A stretch of DNA of 64,000 nt from Nemertoderma westbladi (Eukaryota; Animalia; Xenacoelomorpha): NCBI GenBank assembly GCA_032718475.1, contig JAUCBJ010007667.1:1-64000 (forward strand). Direction: 5' to 3'. The position numbers were made by a program, and so were the translations under genes. Shown piece by piece: positions 1 to 11,200 of this stretch. A model generated the notes under the pieces. The model was not told the DNA's origin and searched no databases. It saw only the letters and a program-made list of their open reading frames with translations. Every line of letters starts with the position of its first letter. Positions within the stretch are counted from its first letter, which is position 1.

Positions 1-1754
1 TGCAAACTCATAACAATCAGTGTTTTCATTGTGCATTGTTGTTTTATACTGCTATTTACCGTCAGTTCTTCATAATATGGTTGATGAATTATTATATTTG
101 GAATAACGATAAACAACCCCGAAACCCAATGTTCTTGATATACCGAAGGTAAGAGAGAAGGGTTACCAATAACGATTGTGACTTATGTTAAAGTGGTTTG
201 AAGTGAATCTAATGTTATTTGATAGACCCTACATGAGTCAGCCTGTGTTCCTTTTATATGTGACTAAAATCAGTGAAGATTGGCAGATTAGTGTGCAGTA
301 TCGTGCAGCATAGTGTATGAGTGAGTCTGTTAAAGAAGCAATTCCTAAAGAATGCGTCATATATGTGGATTATAATTAAGCCATATCGTTGTGAGTAGTT
401 TAAGTCATAACTCTGTTTATATAGATAAAGCGCCACGTCCTAAAGGAACTGTTAATATTACCGAAGGTGAATAATATTGTCAGAGATTATATAATACTGT
501 CAGTCGAATAATACATTAGGCTTACATAGCAATAAAAATTAAACCGTCGAACCCAATCTCCCGGGAATATCCAGCGGGTGAATGGTCGCGCACGGATTGG
601 TTTCGACTAGTGTAGTGAATCAAATACTTGTCATAGACTAAAAAGCGATTTATTATCTAGAAGACATTCTAATTTGGCGGGTTAAACTGCCAAAGGTCTG
701 AAAGCGCGAACACAGACAGCCATCGTTTTTGCTCCACCAGAATCAAGCAATCTCTCTTAAAGCAGGGTCTTGATCACTTTGCTGCTTGGTCTATATCTCT
801 AACACCAGGTACTTTGGGGACCGTTTCTAATTGTCATTCTGCGTACCGGTACCTATTGCAGTATTGCTGGAGTGCCTGATTGTTTTTGGTTATAGAGCAG
901 TAGAGTGACTACTGACAGTCTGACCATATGGTTTCCCTCAATTTGGTTTGAAAAGCCCGCCTCTGTAACCTGCTCCTTTCCCTCAATTGGTAAAGTGGCC
1001 GTTTATTGTTTTGGTTAGAAAAGCCAGGCAAAAGTAAAATTTCAAATTCTCGTTAAGACCCCCGAGATACTGTAATAATATACATTATACCTAACTATTT
1101 ATAAAAATAGGCTCCAGTACATTTTCGTTTCCCATGTTTCAAACCCAGCCACTACAATGAGTAATAATAGAAGAATGTATAATAATGATAGTGCAAGATG
1201 TGGATTTTACAACAACGAGGAATTCTGGCTTTTGCGTACTGTTTTTTTAAACTGTTACTTATTTTGAAATGAATCAAGCAAAAGCTGTTGACGTCAATCC
1301 TCAATCAACCTGCGTGGATAGACCCCGATGTAAGACAGGGATTACACCATCCAACTTCACGAACTAGTCGCCGGATTATTCCGAGTGGTGGTAATGCAAA
1401 TCATAAAGAAAACAACGCATATTGGTTGGTTGGACATAATTTATTCCACTGTTGTCGAATTCATTATTAGTAATCGAAAGCGAAATTAGAATAAAATCTT
1501 CATTGTTTATTTTATAATAGACACTAAAAGAGTAAATAAAATAGTAGGTCATGGCTACATAATTGGGGCGAATTGACAGAAACGTAAAAGTAGCTATAAT
1601 AGAACCAATCAGATTCAAATCTGAAAGTTAGAGTAGTGACCTACGATCATTGCTTAAATTGAACTGGTAGAGACAAGCTAACGAAGTACAGTAGTTGACC
1701 AAACAATAATTCGGATTGCAGCTTTCTCGGGTTAACCTTTCTCGGGTAAGCTGA

Positions 1755-1788
1755 GCTTCGTGCTGCGCGAAGGCCTCACGCACGTGTT
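1755..1788 (+). repeat. Second copy of the element 3'-end motif
   Basis: TCGTGCTGCGCGAAGGCC (18 bp) is identical to 4731-4748, and both copies are followed by ACGTGT. Confidence 0.6.
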
Positions 1789-2053
1789 CATTTTAATGTT
1801 ATACTTTGAACACCATTGAATCAATAGCCTACCAATACCATTACATAATAATATTTAATAATATAATAAAGACATAGGTTGTACAGTTAGTAGTACATAA
1901 CAAGTACTACTTGCCTAACAACGTAGTTGGTCTACTGTACATACGGTAGGCCTACAGTAAGATATACAATGTATAATTATACTGAACATACATACAGTAC
2001 AACCTTTAACCAGCCCATATCACCGCTGCCTACAATTACTACAGAATTAACTA

Positions 2054-2668
2054 TTACCAAAAAATAATGATGATAAGTCCAATCAATATTTGGCCTAGGC
2101 CAATCACTGTTGGGTTTCCGGCGTTGGTTTCAACAACTTCCTTTGTTGTGTCGACTATCTTTGGTGTGGTGGTTCTGTCACGAATCCACTCAACCTCCGA
2201 AGCCGCAGGACACTGGCCTTGGCAGCATAGCGACTGGCAACCTTCTTCTATTCCGAATAAATCAGCTTGGAGTGTGTTTCTGAGAACAGATTGTCTTCTC
2301 GTTAAAGTGAAAGCTCCGCTTTGAATAACTTTTCCACAATTTTCTTCACTCAACTCCAAACAAGGATATACGCAACCCGTTTGTATGGTTTCAAAGATAA
2401 GTTCGACATTATCTTCTGTATAGGCTGTAAATCGAACCAATAGTGCATTGCACTCCGTGCAGTTTTCCTTGTCTTCCCATTGGTTGGTTGTCAACCAACC
2501 ATTAGTCTCGAATAAGTATTCTATCCTCTCTTGATGTTTCTTTTGAAGTTCTTCGTCTTCGGAATAGAATCTCCAGGTTTCGGTTACTGGGCAAGTATAA
2601 TATGAATGTGAACAACGAAATGAGATCACCATCGAGACAATCACAAGAATTGTCTTTAAAGATCCCAT
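2054..2668 (-). CDS. Secreted Cys-rich, probably GPI-anchored protein, divergent Ly6/uPAR (three-finger)-like, 204 aa
   Basis: Intronless ORF with an N-terminal hydrophobic signal peptide (MGSLKTILVIVSMVISFRCSHS). The mature part has 10 Cys ending in CCQGQC, similar to the LU-domain CCxxxxCN motif. A Thr-rich stalk follows, then small residues (NAG) and a hydrophobic C-terminus with no cytoplasmic tail. The gene call is stronger than the family call. Confidence 0.75.
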   Translation of the reverse strand: MGSLKTILVIVSMVISFRCSHSYYTCPVTETWRFYSEDEELQKKHQERIEYLFETNGWLTTNQWEDKENCTECNALLVRFTAYTEDNVELIFETIQTGCVYPCLELSEENCGKVIQSGAFTLTRRQSVLRNTLQADLFGIEEGCQSLCCQGQCPAASEVEWIRDRTTTPKIVDTTKEVVETNAGNPTVIGLGQILIGLIIIIFW

Positions 2669-4139
2669 ATCCGTTTCATAGTCTCCGCCAATGCCAATGC
2701 AAACAATATTAATACGTGAGTGATAGTCTGAAAGCTTTATTCAACTTCCAATAATAAATTATTTAATGAGTTGTCGAATAAGCCAGGTTCCATTAATAGT
2801 ATATATAATTAATAATTATACGGTAACGGTACTGTAGGTATGTAAAAACCAACACAAACTGAAAAGCCACGGCGACCAAATTAGTTGCATGCAATTATTG
2901 ATCAGGTGACGAAAAGGCAACTGCGATTGGAAGTTTAGCAGCGAAGGTGGGTACTATCAATAAAAGCTATCGAGTTTAAAAAGGAGAAGAAACAGGCACT
3001 ATGGAACTAGGAGGTAGAAAGGACTTACCTAACTGGGAAGCAGCACCGTAAACTTGCGCCAATCACGTTTCTCTTTATTGATGATGGGACGGCGTGTGCG
3101 AATGTTAAATTCGCATTTAAATTCGAGATTTTTAGTGAAACAGGCAATGTGTGATAAATACATTGCGATTACTGAAACCAAACACGTTTTATACAGTATT
3201 AGCAATATTAGAAACACGTCGACTCTTCTACGTAGCAACACATAGACAATGAGCTCTAGCTATTTATTTAGCTCCTCACAGCAGCAGTAATAAATTAGTC
3301 ATGCTGAGTCCTATCGAATTCGATTTATTTTTCTAGCTGTACGTTGCACCGACGACGTATAATACGTTTTCGAATTTTAAATACCATGGGATTACAACAT
3401 ATTGCAAATAGGGTTGTAGGGTATGGTTGACACAATTGAGTCTTCTTATTACATTCCATTCCCAGCAACAATATTCTAAGAAATGTGATGTTAGACTTCA
3501 TTATTACATAATTCTATTTCCTATAATTTCCTGGTTTGGTCGCTTTGATTTGATACTGTAGTATATCCCATTGTCTATGACAGTATTATGTATACTATAT
3601 GACAGTATTAAATATCCCAAACAAGCCTGTCTGTAAGATATAAGAGAACAAGGCCTACTGAAGATCTTTCAAACAATCTTTTGATAAATTTTATATACTA
3701 TCCGTTTTTCAGACATTAATTATAAAGAGTCTGTCTGTGGTGATATGAAGAAGAAGTGAAATAGATATGGAGTATCGGAGTAGACAGCACTGCAGTAGCC
3801 TGTCCACCATTATCTGACCTATACTGCTCTGTGTTTTCTGAACAGAGTGTTTACTTTCACTTTATATACAGTAGCTAGGCGAAAACACCCTTATTTTAAC
3901 TAGTTCTTCTTTCACTTCCTATAGCAAGAGAAAGCACCCTTATTGTCAACCAGTTCTTCCACTGACATGTTCAAAGACAGGTATGGAATCGAATAAGTAA
4001 AAGCGAATAATTTCACCGGTGTCGTCGCGTTACTGTAACAGTCGCGATTCGGCAACAGTTGCCATTTGGCAAAAAGTGGCTAAAACTCGATTGAACTATA
4101 TTAGATTCCCAATAATCAAGGTAGTCTAGAGGAGAATGC

Positions 4140-4762
4140 TGACCTGTGGGGCGAGCCACGAAGTGAGCGAAGCCTTAACATATGGGTACATTAACGAGTT
4201 GTCTGTCATCGTCGTCGTCATCGTCGTCTGTCGTCGTAAATTTTTTACCGCTAATAACTCTGTTATTCCTTGATGAAATTAAACGAAACTTGGTATGTAT
4301 GTAGTCCGGCAAAAGTTTAGAAAGAATCTCAAGTTAGGTCAAAAACGAACGAACGCAACGAGTTTACAGTGGATACGAGTATCCATCTGCCATAAATCAA
4401 CAGTTACACTCACAGGTTCAACATTTTGCACAGTTATAAAGGTCGTTAGTTTAGGGAAATTATTTTAAGACAAAACAGGACGAGCGCAACGAGGCTAATG
4501 AAGGAGAAGAGTATTGTAAAACTAAAAATGTCAAACTTAACTTAAATAGCCCTAGTTAGAAGGTTTACAAATGACAGTTAAAGTGTGTAAGGGCAAACTG
4601 GAATGGATCTCTATTTCTACAACTAGATTATCACAAACTGATAGCATCGCCTTCACTCATATATATTTTAGGAAAGACAGTATTCGTATATATAAAGAGA
4701 TTTGTATAATGTACTTTCTAATATAGGCTCTCGTGCTGCGCGAAGGCCCCGTGAACGTGTAA
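4140..4762 (+). mobile_element. Probable non-autonomous interspersed element (DINE-1/HINE, Helentron-associated-like); boundaries approximate
   Basis: A GC-rich 5' motif (GCGAGCCACGAAGTGAGCGAAGCC) is followed by a (GTC)n microsatellite at about 4200-4237, an AAACTTGGTATGTATG core, and a GC-rich 3' end TCGTGCTGCGCGAAGGCC..ACGTGT that recurs at 1758-1787. No coding capacity. Confidence 0.45.
4200..4237 (+). repeat. Imperfect (GTC)n microsatellite
   Basis: gtctgtcatcgtcgtcgtcatcgtcgtctgtcgtcgt. Confidence 0.8.
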
Positions 4763-5028
4763 TACAGCTTTCACTACAGTAGGTGTACAGTTTAGGCCTA
4801 GCATCAACTCATATATCGAGTCACTAATTTATACAAGCCAACTTCATTTTACTTTGTTTTTCAATAGAATATAATATTAATATGAAATAACAAATACTGT
4901 GTATTAAATTACAGTATATTGGAAAAATGCAGTGGAATTCATAAATATTGCCAACAAAAGTGATGAAAAATTCAAAATAATTCGAAAATTTTGCATAAAA
5001 TCTCAATAGAGTGGATTGCAACTTATAT

Positions 5029-5215
5029 TCAAACTAAGGCAACTCCTTTCAGTGTGAAAACCTCGTAGTCCAACACGGTGAAGTTGTAATCTCCCATAAG
5101 TATATTAGATGAAGTCCCCATGTAGGTGTGTGGGTAGTTGGAGTACGATTCACTGTTCGAGTTACAGTTATCCGCTATAGCTAAGTCTGCACCGGCACCG
5201 AATACAGGCCCAAAT
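5029..5215 (-). CDS. Exon 7, terminal (TLDc C-terminus)
   Basis: Acceptor ctcgctccacAG|A. Encodes (R)FGPVFGAGADLAIADNCNSNSESYSNYPHTYMGTSSNILMGDYNFTVLDYEVFTLKGVALV*. TGA at 5031-5029. Confidence 0.9.
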
Positions 5216-8200
5216 CTGTGGAGCGAGATAATGAAATGTGATTTAGGGCCTAATATATAAAAAAAAATGTACCATTACGGAGTGCAGTGTAGTTTTTTTT
5301 TAATTTTTACTTACCTAACATGGTCGCTTGGCAATATGGTGCGAGTGTATTATTGTTCAAACCCACCAGACACAGAAGTCTTTAATCGCTCCGGAAACTA
5401 TGCACTTTACAGGTTAGCGATGCTCTCAAGTCCAATATCTCTATGTCGCAGTCGATAAAGGATATTCATTTGCAGACAACCATGTCAACATGACTATGGC
5501 GATTGCCGTAGCACAACGTTGTGAACAGATGATCATATCGGCTATTGTAATGGCCGGCTAGCTTTAAACTGTGGGATTGTAGGGTAGAACTGGGTTTTGG
5601 CAAAGTGTACTGAGTCTCATAGGATCTTGCTGGTCTGAATTCCAGATGTTGAACAAATGGTTGGTGGCTTCTTTCACTCTCACTACATGTGGCTATATAA
5701 GCAGCCTTATGTAAATATCCATCCAATCTTCTTAAATAAATATGTTACATTTTAAATATACATGTCCGATTGTATTTATGAAATCAAATTTTAAAAAATC
5801 ACTAATACTAATTTATTATAAATTTGTAACTTTTTAACTAACCTAGGGTGATGACACACTGCGTGTTTGTGATTTTTAACAGGGAACTTTGTGGGAGGAA
5901 TGCAATCGCCGTTGATTAAACTGAAAATAAAACTCGCTTTGGACGCCATGTATTTCCCGCGAACAGATGTTTGATTCGTCCACGGAATGTCTGAAAACCC
6001 GCCACAAATATTCCCATTCGCACCCTAGAAAGTGATAATTGGTAAGAAGAAGCAGCAAATTGAATAAATAAGATAGATACAATAAGTAACTGGGGATTGA
6101 GTGCTGAGCTACGATACCAGAGATAAATAGCCACAACAACAACAAGAATTACATTATTTTAGAGGCTCTGTCCCTTAATACTTATCACTTTAATAAAACC
6201 AAATAATAGAAATTGTAGTTTACATTATAATGGAGGCTTTACGAATAGGCGTAATGAGACAAATGTTAGATGGCTTGAGAATAAAAACCTAGCAATATAT
6301 GAGTCGGTCGAATAAGTCAAAGTTTGAAATAAAATTCAATTTGAATCTAAAGTTTACGAACAGCTGAGTAGGACACCTCAAAACCATTTAACCTAGGGCT
6401 AGTTTTATTATATACATTGGAAAATATTAAATATACATAAAAAAAATACAGAAAAAAATACAGAAAACTCACCAGAATAACAACGAACGTCGGACTTTGA
6501 CCATCGCAACTGGAATGGAACGCAGCAGCTGTGTAGCCCTCTCTAGAGGCACGATAGAGTAACCGCCATTCCTGTTTAGAACTTCCGTACCATGTCGCCA
6601 GATGGTGCTGCAGTTGCCGGTTCTCCTTGCTCAGTATCTGGGTGTCGTGGAATAATTTCTGAGTGACTCGGGGACGAAGGGAGGAGTCCATACTCGATCC
6701 TCCAGGAGGGAGGGCTGCAAGTTTGTACCTGGAGATTAATAGAACATGTTTAGTCTTCAACTAAGGTTGTAGGATATCAACATCGTATATTTAAAAAAAC
6801 GACGTATTTTTACATACTGTACATACTGTATATCGCTAATATAATGCTTATTTATATTTCGAAATATACTTTTCATGGCCTAGATTTTTTACTCATCTTT
6901 TCAGAGTGTTTCTCACAGGGACGGGTGTATTTGCGTTTTATTGACAGTAATAATCAACAGTCTGACAGTCAAGTATAGCAGTTTTGCTAGTCCAAAAAAA
7001 TATAGGGCATAAAAGTATTAAAAAAATATAGGGAATTTGAGTGAAAAATATAGGGCAAAAAAATAACTGCCTTACCTTTCTAATGTTAATTCCATTGGTA
7101 CAAGCTTAGTAGGTTCAACTTCCCTAGCAAACACAGTGCTGTCAATTAGTAACAATCGGATGTGGGGGATGACGTCACACAACACAGATGAGAGGGTCTG
7201 ACGATCCCGATTAGTCCACAGACTGGGTGGCAATGATATGTCCATTTGGTAGCAGGCCCATTTCAATGTACATCGCCAAACATCGGCCTCTTCTAATGAT
7301 AGCTAGGGAATATTTATATGTAGTATTCATTAATAAGAGGATAAGATCACCCAGATAGCTTAATCATCCCAAAAAGATTTTCCCATTACTTTGTTTCAGT
7401 TTACAACTCACCTCGTCGGATTGAAGCAATAGAAGCAAGGCGTCCTTATTCATGCAGTTCCAGGCATCCGTTCTAGAACATTCTTCCGCGTTCTGGAACA
7501 CGAATGTTTGACATCGTTGGACCAGGTGATTGTCTTCCTGATGTAACTCCAGTGCAGAGGAATACAACAAACACGCATTATCCACACTCAGTATCGTCTC
7601 AACCAATTCCTCACATTGCGTTTGTAAATCTTTAATAAACAAATGGAATCAATATTATACCGGTTTGACTATCGCTATATAATAACTAAGCACATGTGAT
7701 TGCTTCAACGATCTTCCCAGACTCCTTATCCACTCATTCAACAGACTATCTGCACCACTACTGGTTCATTGACTAATGGAAATATGTATTTGGGACCCTG
7801 TGCAACTTATAAATCATGTGTGGACGTCGATTTGCACTCCATGTGTGGATACACATGGAGTGCCTTCACTTGCGTCGATTTTTAGGCACAAATATCATCT
7901 AATAACTTTATTTAAGGAAAACAGCTTGGGACCATTAGGATCTTGCGAACAAAGACACCTAGACTTTATCATATCAGCCTATAATTTGAAGATTAAATTC
8001 TCACGCAGAATCAACGTTATAAAAAATTACCTGGAAGCTCTTGGAGATAACATGATAAGATGAAACACAAACATTTTTATGTATTAGCTTCAGGGAATAG
8101 AACAGCCATAAATAATGGTATCCTTGTGTCTAACTTTTAACTCTTTTTATTTATATCTGTTTTGTAGCATAGAAATTTTGAATTTTAGCTATGCCATATG

Positions 8201-11200
8201 TGTAACGTTTTATCTGAGATTTTAAGAAATACATGCCAGATAGACTGGCGCCGCGCGCCTCTTGGTGCGACAATCCGACACTACGATATGAAACAATCAG
8301 CAGTCAATTTGTTTGAATTTTACACGGCGGAATATATACAAATAATGCCACACACACAAGTAACTCCAGAAAATGATGAAAACTCGTTTATAATTATTAG
8401 CCAAACTAGAAAATCTAACCTGGAAGTCCCAATTCGAGCCCCAGGGTGAGACAATGAAACACATTAGCCTCTGATAACTCTATAGAACCCGTGTAGATAT
8501 ATTGTAAAACTTGTCCGAAACTATCAGGATCAAATGTTTCCTGTTTCAATGTTGCTACCTGCCCTCGGACCTGTGGACCCCAAAGTTCCTTGCCATACCT
8601 GAAATGTAAGTAAACAGGAGAAAACTATATTACAGTATTATAGATCACCAACCTGTTATCTACACGAATCTACTCCGCTCATATATTGATGTATTATAGA
8701 TCACCAACCTGTTATCTATCCAATCTACTCCGATCTATATTGATGTATTATAGATCACCAACCTGTTATCTATCCAATCTACTCCGCTCATATATTGATG
8801 TATTATAGATCACCAACCTGTTATCTATCCAATCTACTCCGCTCATATATTGATGTATTATAGATCACCAACCTGTTATCTATCCAATCTACTCCGCTCA
8901 TATATTGATGTATTATAGATCACCAACCTGTTATCTATCCAAACTACTCCGCTCATATATTGATGTATTATAGATCACCAACCTGTTATCTACACGAATC
9001 TACTCCGATCTATATTGATGTATTATAGATCACCAACCTGTTATCTATCCAATCTACTCCGCTCATATATTGATGTATTATAGATCACCAACCTGTTATC
9101 TATCCAATCTACTCCGATCTATATTGATGTATTATAGATCACCAACCTGTTATCTATCCAATCTACTCCGCTCATATATTGATGTATTATAGATCACCAA
9201 CCTGTTATCTATCCAATCTACTCCGATCTATATTGATGTATTATAGATCACCAACCTGTTATCTATCCAATCTACTCCGCTCATATATTGATGTATTATA
9301 GATCACCAACCTGTTATCTATCCAATCTACTCCGCTCATATATTGATGTATTATAGATCACCAACCTGTTATCTATCCAATCTACTCCGCTCATATATTG
9401 ATGTATTATAGATCACCAACCTGTTATCTATCCAATCTACTCCGCTCATATATTGATGTATTATAGATCACCAACCTGTTATCTATCCAATCTACTCCGC
9501 TCATATATTGATGTATTATAGATCACCAACCTGTTATCTATCCAATCTACTCCGATCTATATTGATGTATTATAGATCACCAACCTGTTATCTATCCAAT
9601 CTACTCCGCTCATATATTGATGTATTATAGATCACCAACCTGTTATCTATCCAATCTACTCCGCTCATATATTGATGTATTATAGATCACCAACCTGTTA
9701 TCTATCCAATCTACTCCGCTCATATATTGATGTATTATAGATCACCAACCTGTTATCTACACGAATCTACTCCGCTCATATATTGATGTATTATAGATCA
9801 CCAACCTGTTATCTACACGAATCTACTCCGCTCATATATTGATGTATTATAGATCACCAACCTGTTATCTACACGAATCTACTCCGATCTATATTGATGT
9901 ATTATAGATCACCAACCTGTTATCTATCCAATCTACTCCGCTCATATATTGATGTATTATAGATCACCAACCTGTTATCTATCCAATCTACTCCGATCTA
10001 TATTGATGTATTATAGATCACCAACCTGTTATCTATCCAATCTACTCCGCTCATATATTGATGTATTATAGATCACCAACCTGTTATCTATCCAATCTAC
10101 TCCGCTCATATATTGATGTATTATAGATCACCAACCTGTTATCTATCCAATCTACTCCGCTCATATATTGATGTATTATAGATCACCAACCTGTTATCTA
10201 CACGAATCTACTCCGCTCATATATTGATGTATTATAGATCACCAACCTGTTATCTACACGAATCTACTCCGCTCATATATTGATGTATTATAGATCACCA
10301 ACCTGTTATCTACACGAATCTACTCCGATCTATATTGATGTATTATAGATCACCAACCTGTTATCTATCCAATCTACTCCGCTCATATATTGATGTATTA
10401 TAGATCACCAACCTGTTATCTATCCAATCTACTCCGCTCATATATTGCTGTATTATAGATCACCAACCTGTTATCTATCCAATCTACTCCGCTCATATAT
10501 TGATGTATTATAGATCACCAACCTGTTATCTATCCAATCTACTCCGCTCATATATTGATGTATTATAGATCACCAACCTGTTATCTACACGAATCTACTC
10601 CGATCTATATTGATGTATTATAGATCACCAACCTGTTATCTATCCAATCTACTCCGCTCATATATTGATGTATTATAGATCACCAACCTGTTATCTATCC
10701 AATCTACTCCGCTCATATATTGATGTATTATAGATCACCAACCTGTTATCTACACGAATCTACTCCGATCTATATTGATGTATTATAGATCACCAACCTG
10801 TTATCTATCCAATCTACTCCGCTCATATATTGATGTATTATAGATCACCAACCTGTTATCTATCCAATCTACTCCGATCTATATTGATGTATTATAGATC
10901 ACCAACCTGTTATCTATCCAATCTACTCCGATCTATATTGCTGTATTATAGATCACCAACCTGTTATCTATCCAATCTACTCCGCTCATATATTGATGTA
11001 TTATAGATCACCAACCTGTTATCTACACGAATCTACTCCGATCTATATTGATGTATTATAGATCACCAACCTGTTATCTATCCAATCTACTCCGCTCATA
11101 TATTGATGTATTATAGATCACCAACCTGTTATCTATCCAATCTACTCCGATCTATATTGATGTATTATAGATCACCAACCTGTTATCTATCCAATCTACT

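Noticed and set aside
254-1618. Short ORFs at the left end, and antisense or off-frame ORFs at 2067-2324, 3029-3245, 5876-6145 and 7700-8449
   Set aside because: Low-complexity or shadow ORFs with no motif support. The true exon-6 frame differs from the listed ORFs.
5370-5468. Selenocysteine or readthrough at the TGA of the candidate cassette exon
   Set aside because: A TAA follows about 28 codons later in frame, and no SECIS-like structure was recognised.
8490-8666. 10-bp inverted match between exon 2 (CGTGTAGATA, 8490-8499) and the CACG-type unit (TATCTACACG, 8657-8666) across the 3' splice site
   Set aside because: Too short. The exon side is constrained by the YIYTG codons, so chance is a sufficient explanation.
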